Assembly (NCBI GenBank): GCA_964542255.1
Contig: CAZITV010000001.1
Span: 28,860-92,859 of the forward strand
Direction of reading: 5' to 3'
Source of the DNA: an uncultured Victivallaceae bacterium
Lineage (GTDB): Bacteria; Verrucomicrobiota; Lentisphaeria; Victivallales; Victivallaceae
Length of the DNA stretch: 64,000 nucleotides
Part shown: positions 28,086 to 35,677 of the stretch, one piece after another
How positions within the stretch are numbered: the first letter of the stretch is position 1
Layout: each line of letters begins with the position of its first letter
Notes under the pieces: model-generated
Told to the model about the DNA's origin: nothing
What the model saw: the letters and a program-made list of their open reading frames with translations, nothing else
Database searches by the model: none
Position numbers and translations under genes: made by a program

Positions 28086-29738
28086 TCAGTATTCCGTAAA
28101 TAGCGTTTTGTTAATAATTGAACTGTTTTTCCCAGGGGGCAAATCTTTCCAAAGCCTCGGTGAATCAACAATTACCAGAATTTTTCCCCGGTTGGGCTGT
28201 TGTATAAGTTTAATTAAATCTTCATTGTTCAAAAAACGTCCTGCTGCTTCGGGTTTGCTAAGTCCATAGCTAAGTTCTCCGCCTTTGCCGTAAACATAGA
28301 GATTGTCGCGTTTGTAGTACCAGCAGATTGAACTAAGCAAATTTTTGTACGATACAATTATTGTCTCCGGAGTTACACGCCATTGATTAGCTCGGAGCAT
28401 TTTTTCCGGTGATTTGACGTTCAATACTAAATTGGGAATCGCTAAATTATATGCCCAGTATGCTGCCAGCATCCCAACAGTGAAAAAAATAATTTTTCTC
28501 CATTGGGAATCGGCCTTAATCGCCTTGAATATCAGGCAAAGCCATATCACAACAGCAGAAATAATCAGCAGCCATTTGAAAATTTCATCACGGCCGAAAA
28601 GAGTAAACTCAATTGTGCTTGTTAGCGATAATGTTTGCAGCAACATTAAACCGATTGCTGAAACTCCAAGCAGTACCGCAAGAATTTTTAGCGAAAGATT
28701 TATTTTGCCGCTTCGGCCATTTTCAACCGCAGAATATAAGCCAAAACTTAACAGAATTGCTAATGGCGGCATGCATGGTAAAATGTAGGTTGCAAGTTTA
28801 CCGCTGGATGCAGAAAAAAATAAAAATGGAAGAATAAACCAACAAGCGGAGTAACGTAACAGCGGTTGATTAAATGCTTCTTTCATTTTACCACGGTAAC
28901 CATCGATAATTGTAGGTAAAAACATTATCCAAGGAAAAATGCCGACAATAATCACTGGAATGAAAAACCAGAATGGTTCAGGATGTTGCGATTCCTTCTT
29001 CTCCATAAATCGCTGGACATGCTCAACCCAAAAGAAATAGTTCCAGAAATCACCATCACGAAAATGTACAATCAATGTCCATGGCAAAACTGTGAGCACT
29101 AGTGTTATTAACGGCAACCATGACAAGCAAACCGCTGATTTGAAGCGTTTTTCCCAAAAGAGAAATGGTGCAATGGCAATGGCCGGGATGACTACAGCAA
29201 GAAAACCTTTGGTAAGGAAGGCCAAACCGCAGAAAACTCCAAACAAGGACAGATAAACAATTTTTTGCAGCGTAAATTTATCTTCCTGGTAGGCGACAAA
29301 AAAACATAGCATCGCCAAAGTCAAAAAGCAGGTTAAAATTGAGTCGAGAACAGCAAATGTTCCAACAGCATACACCAATGCTGATGAGATAAACATAACC
29401 GTCCCCAATACTGCCTGACGAGCGCCAAGATAACGGTGAAGAAATGCGAGCATCGCTAATGCCGTAATCCCGGTAAGCATAGCAGAGGAAAATCTCACGG
29501 CAAAATTATTTTCACCAAACAGCATCATGGATATGGCATTCAGCCAATGTCCCATAATTGGTTTTTCAAAATAGCGTAAATTGTTGAGTTTGGGTACGAC
29601 CCAGTCCTGGTGAGCTACCAGTTCACGTCCAATTTCTGCATATCTTGTTTCATCGGGAGTCAGTAAAGGTCGAAACCCTAAAGGCAAAATATAGAGCATT
29701 AAAAATGCCGCAATAATCGCCAGATATATATTTCGCAT
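28086..29738 (-). CDS. ArnT/PMT-like GT-C glycosyltransferase (GT83/GT39-like), paralogue 1
   Basis: DETRYAEIGREL, RYFEKPIMGHWL, FGENNFAVRF. Polytopic. Start set to the ATG at 29738 (MRNIYLAII). Confidence 0.85.
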   Translation of the reverse strand: MRNIYLAIIAAFLMLYILPLGFRPLLTPDETRYAEIGRELVAHQDWVVPKLNNLRYFEKPIMGHWLNAISMMLFGENNFAVRFSSAMLTGITALAMLAFLHRYLGARQAVLGTVMFISSALVYAVGTFAVLDSILTCFLTLAMLCFFVAYQEDKFTLQKIVYLSLFGVFCGLAFLTKGFLAVVIPAIAIAPFLFWEKRFKSAVCLSWLPLITLVLTVLPWTLIVHFRDGDFWNYFFWVEHVQRFMEKKESQHPEPFWFFIPVIIVGIFPWIMFLPTIIDGYRGKMKEAFNQPLLRYSACWFILPFLFFSASSGKLATYILPCMPPLAILLSFGLYSAVENGRSGKINLSLKILAVLLGVSAIGLMLLQTLSLTSTIEFTLFGRDEIFKWLLIISAVVIWLCLIFKAIKADSQWRKIIFFTVGMLAAYWAYNLAIPNLVLNVKSPEKMLRANQWRVTPETIIVSYKNLLSSICWYYKRDNLYVYGKGGELSYGLSKPEAAGRFLNNEDLIKLIQQPNRGKILVIVDSPRLWKDLPPGKNSSIINKTLFTEY

Positions 29739-29953
29739 AAAAATCCCATTAATTAATTCAGAACATCCAGTAATAATAAAAAACAACAGTCTATATACTT
29801 TCCCTCAATTATTTTTTTTTTCAAGAAAATAATCACAATATTATCAGTTTTAATTAATATATACTTTTTTAAAGAGTAATACAAAATTCTGCTTGTAAAT
29901 TTATAATGACAGGTGTAAATTAAAAGATGTTAAGTTGCTTTTCTTTAGTAATT

Positions 29954-29981
29954 TTGCAACTAATAACAGTAATTTTATAAT
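29954..29981 (+). promoter_or_regulatory. candidate sigma70-type promoter for prs (TTGCAA-16 nt-TATAAT)
   Basis: TTGCAA at 29954-29959 and TATAAT at 29976-29981 with a 16-nt spacer. Implies a 5' UTR of about 155 nt before the prs ATG. Confidence 0.4.
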
Positions 29982-30142
29982 TACTTTTAGCCTTAATCCA
30001 TGATGGATTTATGTCTGAAAAGTTCCAGGCATACCCGCAAGGTTATCAACTCAGCATCCGTTTTCTGGATGCCTGTTGGCAATTTCCGGGAAGGAAATGA
30101 TGACTTACAGGCAACATAAATCTGGAAAAAAGGATAACGCTG

Positions 30143-31081
30143 ATGCCAGAAAGTAATATTTGTATCTATTCAGGATCTGCAAACCCAAAACTGTCTAGGG
30201 AAATTGCGGAATATCTAGGCAAACCGTTGGGCAAAGTCAATTTAACCCGTTTCCCTGATGGAGAGATTTTTGTCCAGTTTGAAGAAAATGTGCGGCGTGC
30301 CGATGTTTTTATTATTCAACCAACATCATCTCCACCAAACGAACATTTAATGGAATTGCTGATTATGCTTGATGCCGCTAAACGTGCATCTGCAGAGCGT
30401 GTGACAGCAGTTCTGCCGTTCTACGGTTATGCCCGTCAGGACCGGAAAGACAAACCCCGTGTTCCAATTACTGCAAAGCTGGTGGCTAATTTACTCACTG
30501 TCGCCGGCGCTAGCCGGATTATTGCGATGGATCTGCATTCACAGCAAATTCAAGGATTTTTTGACATTCCGGTAGACCATCTCTATGCCCGTCCAGTTAT
30601 GGTACCATATTTGAGGAAAAAATTGGGAGACGACGCCGTTGTTGTTTCCCCCGATTCTGGCAGTGTAAAAATGGCTATGGCTTATTCAAATATGCTAAAT
30701 GCCGGTTTAGCCATAGTGGCAAAACGACGTTTGAATGCTAATTCCGTTGCACTATCGCATCTTGTCGGCGATGTCAAAGGAAAAACCTGTGTCATTACTG
30801 ACGATTTAACTTCTACCGCCGGTACTATTTGTGCCGCTGCCGAAATTTTAAAGAGAGAGGGTGCCGGGAAAATTTATGCCGCAGTTTCTCATTGCCAGTT
30901 GAATGATGCCGGCAAAAAACGCGTTACCGAATGTGATGCCATTGAAGAGATGATTTGTACTGACGGTATTCCTGTCGAGGATAACCTTGGCGGAAAACTG
31001 CATGTGCTAAGTGTGGCACCGTTACTCGGCGAAGCAATCCGGCGTATCCACGAGGGAAAATCAGTTTCATCTTTATTTTAA
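30143..31081 (+). CDS. prs: ribose-phosphate pyrophosphokinase
   Basis: FPDGEIFV, YARQDRK, DLHSQQIQGFF, VVSPDSGSV, and PRPP loop VITDDLTSTAGT. Confidence 0.95.
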   Translation: MPESNICIYSGSANPKLSREIAEYLGKPLGKVNLTRFPDGEIFVQFEENVRRADVFIIQPTSSPPNEHLMELLIMLDAAKRASAERVTAVLPFYGYARQDRKDKPRVPITAKLVANLLTVAGASRIIAMDLHSQQIQGFFDIPVDHLYARPVMVPYLRKKLGDDAVVVSPDSGSVKMAMAYSNMLNAGLAIVAKRRLNANSVALSHLVGDVKGKTCVITDDLTSTAGTICAAAEILKREGAGKIYAAVSHCQLNDAGKKRVTECDAIEEMICTDGIPVEDNLGGKLHVLSVAPLLGEAIRRIHEGKSVSSLF

Positions 31082-31138
31082 ATACATTAATTCATTGAAA
31101 TGATAAATCGAACAAAACCTTAAAAGAAAAGGAATAAA

Positions 31139-31741
31139 ATGAGCAAAAAGTATGAGTTAAACGTCAAGCCAAGAAGTGACTTCGGCAAATGCGCATCGGG
31201 TCGTCTTAGAAAGGCGGGAGCAATTCCGGCCAATGTCTATGAACACGGCAAACCTTGTGTCGCTATTACCGTAGATAACGGCGAGTGGATGGCTATTAGC
31301 GGTAATGAAATCAACTTGATTACACTTATTTCTGGCAATGTCAAAACTATGTGTCTGATTAAGGAAGTTCAAGTTGACCATATGAAAAAAGTGTATCTGC
31401 ACTTGGATTTTCAAGCCGTAAAAATGGACGAGAAAATTCACTCTACAGTTCCAGTACATGCTCTCATAGGCGAACCTATTGGTGTTACGCATGGCGGCAT
31501 TTTGGAACAGCCGCTGTATGCTATTGATGTGGCGTGTACCCCGTCTGCTTTGCCGGAAGTAATCAGTGTCAATATCAAAGATTTGGATCTGGAACAAAGT
31601 TTGCATGTCAAGGATTTGATTATGCCGGAAGGCGTAACCGCAGTTACTTCTCAGGATGCAGTTGTTTTCCACATTATGAGACCGGCAGCTGAAACAGTTG
31701 CTGTGACTGCTGAAACTGAAGAAACAACAGAAAAGAAATAA
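31139..31741 (+). CDS. rplY: 50S ribosomal protein L25 / general stress protein Ctc
   Basis: 200 aa. RLRKAGAIPANVYEHGK motif. Classic prs-ctc-pth gene order. Confidence 0.88.
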   Translation: MSKKYELNVKPRSDFGKCASGRLRKAGAIPANVYEHGKPCVAITVDNGEWMAISGNEINLITLISGNVKTMCLIKEVQVDHMKKVYLHLDFQAVKMDEKIHSTVPVHALIGEPIGVTHGGILEQPLYAIDVACTPSALPEVISVNIKDLDLEQSLHVKDLIMPEGVTAVTSQDAVVFHIMRPAAETVAVTAETEETTEKK

Positions 31742-31777
31742 TTTTCACGGCTGACAGTCTTGGTCGGAGCTTGTAAA

Positions 31778-32404
31778 ATGGCAGATGATTCGGTGCAGAT
31801 ACAGTTGGTGGTTGGGCTGGGAAATCCTGGCGAAGAGTATAAGCACACCAGACATAATGCCGGATTCGATGCGATTGACATGTTTATAACCAAGTTGCCG
31901 GGTAAGTTTGAAAAAACAGAAGGAGCTAATGCAGTAGTTTGGTGCGGCAGATTTAAGGGACGTAACTTAGTTTTGCTGAAGCCAATGACTTTTATGAACT
32001 TAAGCGGCAAGGCCGTTGCCATGTTTGCTGCTAAGTACGATTTGACACCTGAATCGGTGATGCTGGTTTACGATGATGTGGATTTGCCATTGGGAAGAAT
32101 TCGCATGCGCCGCAATGGCGGCAGTGGCGGACATAATGGCGTTGAGTCAGTAATCAGCAGTCTCAATTCAAATAATTTCGCCAGATTAAGAATCGGCATT
32201 AGTCAGGCGAATGCAGGACAACAAGTTGAACACGTGCTGTCAAAGTTTACAGAATGCGAAAAAACTGTATTTGATAAAGTACTTTCAACCGTTGCTGAAG
32301 CGTTATTGTTGGCGTTAAGCCGTGGACTTGATGCCGCAATGAATAGTTATAATAGTTTTGATGTCGCCAATGGCGATAAAAATAATGAACCCGCCGGAAA
32401 TTGA
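31778..32404 (+). CDS. pth: peptidyl-tRNA hydrolase
   Basis: LVVGLGNPGEEYKHTRHNAGF, KPMTFMNLSG, GGHNG. Start set to the ATG at 31778 (GGAG upstream). Confidence 0.93.
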   Translation: MADDSVQIQLVVGLGNPGEEYKHTRHNAGFDAIDMFITKLPGKFEKTEGANAVVWCGRFKGRNLVLLKPMTFMNLSGKAVAMFAAKYDLTPESVMLVYDDVDLPLGRIRMRRNGGSGGHNGVESVISSLNSNNFARLRIGISQANAGQQVEHVLSKFTECEKTVFDKVLSTVAEALLLALSRGLDAAMNSYNSFDVANGDKNNEPAGN

Positions 32405-32424
32405 CCGGCACTAATCCAAAAACC

Positions 32425-32757
32425 ATGGAGGATTTGGTTTTGAAAAAATACGAAGCAATTTTTATTCTGGACGTCCGTAAGGTTGATGATGAAGGAAATG
32501 CGTTTAGCAAGGAACTTTCTACCTTAATCGGAGAATTCGGTGGCAAAATGGAAGAAGCAGTCTCTATTGGACGTCATCAGTTTGCCGTAGAAATTAACAA
32601 AAGAAAAACTGGAATCTATTGGGATTTCGTCTTCACCAGTTCTCCAGAAAAAATTCTGGAAATTAAAGACAAATACCGACTTGATGAACGGATCGTTCGT
32701 AACATGATCATTACTTATGACCGCCCGGATATTGTAAAGAGCGCTCAAATCGAGTAA
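32425..32757 (+). CDS. rpsF: 30S ribosomal protein S6
   Basis: KKYEAIFIL...WDF...R typical S6. The start is ambiguous: ATG at 32425, or TTG at 32440, which sits 8 nt after GGAGGA. Confidence 0.88.
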   Translation: MEDLVLKKYEAIFILDVRKVDDEGNAFSKELSTLIGEFGGKMEEAVSIGRHQFAVEINKRKTGIYWDFVFTSSPEKILEIKDKYRLDERIVRNMIITYDRPDIVKSAQIE

Positions 32758-32784
32758 CCCAACTTCTTGCATGGAGAAACAACT

Positions 32785-33405
32785 ATGCCTTCTTTGAATA
32801 AAGTATTTCTAATGGGAAATTTAACTCGTATGCCGGATTTGCGTTATTTGCCAAGCGGTATGGCTGTGTGCGAGTTTGGGATTGCGGTAAGTCGCAAGTT
32901 CACAACTGGTAATCAGCAGGATACTGTCAAAGAAGACGTCTGTTTCGTCGATATTGTGGTTTGGGGTAAAATTGCGGAAACATCCGGCAAATACCTTGAA
33001 AAAGGCGCACCAGTATTTATCGAGGGGCGTTTGCAGCTTGACCAGTGGAAAGACCGCGAAACAGGGTCAAACCGCTCGCGTCTGCGTGTGGTCGCTGAAA
33101 GAGTGCAGTTTCTTAACCGTTCCGATAAAGGTGCTGCCCATGAGGAATCTTATGAGCAGTCTGCTGATGGTTATGAGGCAGGCACTTCTCATCAGTCGGC
33201 TCCTGCATATCAGCAGGCACCGACATATCAGCAACCTGGAAATTTTAATCCGCCGCGTCAAGCTCAGAATGTGCCGCGAAATCAGCCTCAGCGTCAGCCG
33301 CCGCGTCAGCAACCGCCGATGCCGGCAGAGCGCAGCAATGTTCCACCGATGCCGGACAATAGTTTCAATGTTGGCGATGCAGCTGACGATGATATTCCGT
33401 TTTAA
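32785..33405 (+). CDS. ssb: single-stranded DNA-binding protein
   Basis: OB fold LNKVFLMGNLTR...FIEGRLQLDQW, Q/P-rich linker, acidic tip DDDIPF. Start at the ATG at 32785 (GGAGA upstream). Confidence 0.93.
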   Translation: MPSLNKVFLMGNLTRMPDLRYLPSGMAVCEFGIAVSRKFTTGNQQDTVKEDVCFVDIVVWGKIAETSGKYLEKGAPVFIEGRLQLDQWKDRETGSNRSRLRVVAERVQFLNRSDKGAAHEESYEQSADGYEAGTSHQSAPAYQQAPTYQQPGNFNPPRQAQNVPRNQPQRQPPRQQPPMPAERSNVPPMPDNSFNVGDAADDDIPF

Positions 33406-33465
33406 TCTGATTAATTTTAACATAACAACTAGTGAAATATAGCAATAACACAAAGGAACAAGGCT

Positions 33466-33702
33466 ATGGAAAGAAAAAACAATAACATGCGACGCAGAAG
33501 AAGGGTTAACAAACCCAAAACCTGTCGTTTTTGTGAAGCAGGAGCTAATTACATTGACTTCAAAGATGCTGAAACTCTGAAAAAGTTTCAGACTGAAAAA
33601 GGCAAAATTCTCTCCCGTAGAATTACCGGTACCTGTCTCGATCATCAGAAGATGCTTTGCACCGCGATCAAACGCGCTAGAATCATCAGTTTGACATTAT
33701 AA
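33466..33702 (+). CDS. rpsR: 30S ribosomal protein S18
   Basis: CRFCE...IDFKD...[16 protein letters not shown]. 78 aa. Confidence 0.92.
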   Translation: MERKNNNMRRRRRVNKPKTCRFCEAGANYIDFKDAETLKKFQTEKGKILSRRITGTCLDHQKMLCTAIKRARIISLTL

Positions 33703-33728
33703 TCAATTTTTGAGTAAGGAGTTTAGTT

Positions 33729-34181
33729 ATGGCTTTGGTAAAATTGATTTTACTCGAAGACGTTGAAAATCTCGGTTTGGCCGGCGATGAAGTTAATGTC
33801 GCCCCAGGCTATGCCAGAAATTTCTTGTTGCCGCGCGGTTTGGCATCAAAGTCAACCCCGAGCATTCTCAAAGTGCTCAACGCAAGAAAAGAAAAAATTG
33901 AAGAACACCGCCGTCAAGAATTTGAAGCGGCTAAAAAATTGGCAGAAAGCATTGCCGCAGTTGAAATTTCAATTGCAATGCAGGCATCTGACGATAATCG
34001 CCTCTTCGGTTCTGTAACAGGTCGCAATATTGCAGAACAATTTGCTGCAAAGGGTGTCATCATTGACCATCAGCGTGTCCGGCTCGAAGAGCCTATCAAA
34101 CAGCTGGGCAAATTTGAAGTGGAAATTAAACTTCATCACGACGTCTCGGTCAAGGCAAAAGTCTGGATCGTGCGTGTTTAA
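33729..34181 (+). CDS. rplI: 50S ribosomal protein L9
   Basis: VKLILLEDVENLGLAGDEVNVAPGYARNFLLPRGLA. 150 aa. Confidence 0.92.
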   Translation: MALVKLILLEDVENLGLAGDEVNVAPGYARNFLLPRGLASKSTPSILKVLNARKEKIEEHRRQEFEAAKKLAESIAAVEISIAMQASDDNRLFGSVTGRNIAEQFAAKGVIIDHQRVRLEEPIKQLGKFEVEIKLHHDVSVKAKVWIVRV

Positions 34182-34186
34182 TTGCA

Positions 34187-35677
34187 ATGGCAGAGAACCA
34201 AGACAGCAAATCTAATAGAACGAAGCAGACTGCTTTGTTGAGCGAAGACCGTCCACAGCCGCACAGTCTTGAGACTGAGCGCGCTGTGCTGGCGGCAATG
34301 CTTCGTGATCCAAAATTCTGCGTTGGAATTTCCATCGAAATTTTTGGCGGCAAGAAAACCAAAAAAATCAAAAAAAATAAATTTGATGAAGATTCCGGAA
34401 TTGAAGATGTTTTTTATTCTCCGGTGCATCGTGATTTGTACCGGACGATTTTAAAACTTTACGATGATGATGTCAAAATTGATATACTCTCTTTAGGACA
34501 TCAGCTTAAACTTCAAAAAAAATTTGATGACATCGGCGGCGATATTTTCTTGTTTGACCTTTACAATACGATTGCCACCACAGCTAATATTGAAACTTGG
34601 TGTAAAATTGTCAGAGAACACGCAATGCTGCGCCGCACGATTATTGCATGCTCCGAAACAGTTGCTAAATGTTACGACAAAGATTTAAAACCAATTGAGT
34701 TAATTGAAGATTTAGAAAAACAGATTTACGAAATCCATGCGAACAATAGTAAAAGTGAAATTGTGGAAATGAAGTCTGTTGTGGAAAATACTTTTATCAA
34801 TATAAAGGCAATAATTGATAAGAAGGTTAGTCCTGGCATCCCTAGTGGTTTGTCTGATTTAGATAGACTGGTGGTGGGATTTAAGCCGGGTGAAATGTTT
34901 GTTTTGGCAGCGCGGCCTTCAATTGGTAAAACTGCTTTGGCATTGAATATTATTCGCAATGTTGCATTGCGCGGTGAACATAAACGTTCAGTAGCATTTT
35001 TTAGTCTGGAGATGACAACTGAACAGATAACCCGTCGTTTATTGTGTACTGAGGCACAAATTTCCGAATCTTGTTTTTTTGATAATTCGTTTAAATCTAC
35101 TGATATTAATAAATTAACCACGGCAGTAAGTGCATTCCAGAATTCAAGTATTTTTCTTGATGAGACGGGTGCTCTCACTATCTCTGAATTGAGGGCTAAG
35201 GCGAGAAGGCTCAAAAGTCAAAACAAAATTGAATTGATTGTGATTGATTACCTCCAGTTAATGCGGGCAGATAATAAAAAAACCGATAACCGTCAGGAAG
35301 AGGTGGCACTTATTTCTAGCGGCATTAAAAGTTTAGCTAAAGAATTAAAAATCCCAATTTTAGTTTTGGCGCAATTGAACCGCGAAAGCGAAAAGACCAG
35401 CGGTGCCGCTTCTGCTCATCCCAAATTGAGCCATTTGCGTGAATCTGGTTCAATTGAGCAGGATGCTGATATCGTAACATTTTTGCACCGTGACCGCGAT
35501 AAAACCAAAGAAAACAACCGCGAAGCAAATAGAGCTGGCAGTGAAGCTATTTTGATTGTTGAAAAGAACCGAAACGGTCGGACTGGTTTAGTTGATTTGG
35601 TGTTTTATCCTGACCGTTTGGAATTTTGTTGTAAAGCGCGCTATGATGAGTCAGATAGACCAGGCAATGCCAGATGA
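34187..35677 (+). CDS. dnaB: replicative DNA helicase DnaB
   Basis: PHSLETERAVLAAML, Walker A ARPSIGKTALALN, IDYLQLM, QLNRE, ESGSIEQDAD. Contains a Lys-rich insert in the N-terminal domain. Confidence 0.95.
   Translation: MAENQDSKSNRTKQTALLSEDRPQPHSLETERAVLAAMLRDPKFCVGISIEIFGGKKTKKIKKNKFDEDSGIEDVFYSPVHRDLYRTILKLYDDDVKIDILSLGHQLKLQKKFDDIGGDIFLFDLYNTIATTANIETWCKIVREHAMLRRTIIACSETVAKCYDKDLKPIELIEDLEKQIYEIHANNSKSEIVEMKSVVENTFINIKAIIDKKVSPGIPSGLSDLDRLVVGFKPGEMFVLAARPSIGKTALALNIIRNVALRGEHKRSVAFFSLEMTTEQITRRLLCTEAQISESCFFDNSFKSTDINKLTTAVSAFQNSSIFLDETGALTISELRAKARRLKSQNKIELIVIDYLQLMRADNKKTDNRQEEVALISSGIKSLAKELKIPILVLAQLNRESEKTSGAASAHPKLSHLRESGSIEQDADIVTFLHRDRDKTKENNREANRAGSEAILIVEKNRNGRTGLVDLVFYPDRLEFCCKARYDESDRPGNAR

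Noticed and set aside
26423-28171. ORF-track N-terminal extensions of the ArnT-like genes (to 28171 and to 29786)
   Set aside because: The extension of the second gene would overlap the upstream gene by 86 nt. Both paralogues align from internal ATGs (28072 and 29738) that begin the first TM helix, so those shorter starts were used.
31157-31672. 171-aa minus-strand ORF antisense to rplY, and a 123-aa ORF at 31651-32022 antisense to pth
   Set aside because: They lie inside well-supported ribosomal-protein and pth genes, and no family resemblance was seen.
32954-33645. 162-aa (+) and 192-aa (-) ORFs overlapping ssb and rpsR
   Set aside because: They are alternative frames of the Q/P-rich ssb linker. 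Both are Arg/Ser/Leu-rich nonsense-like sequences, while the ssb and rpsR frames carry canonical motifs.
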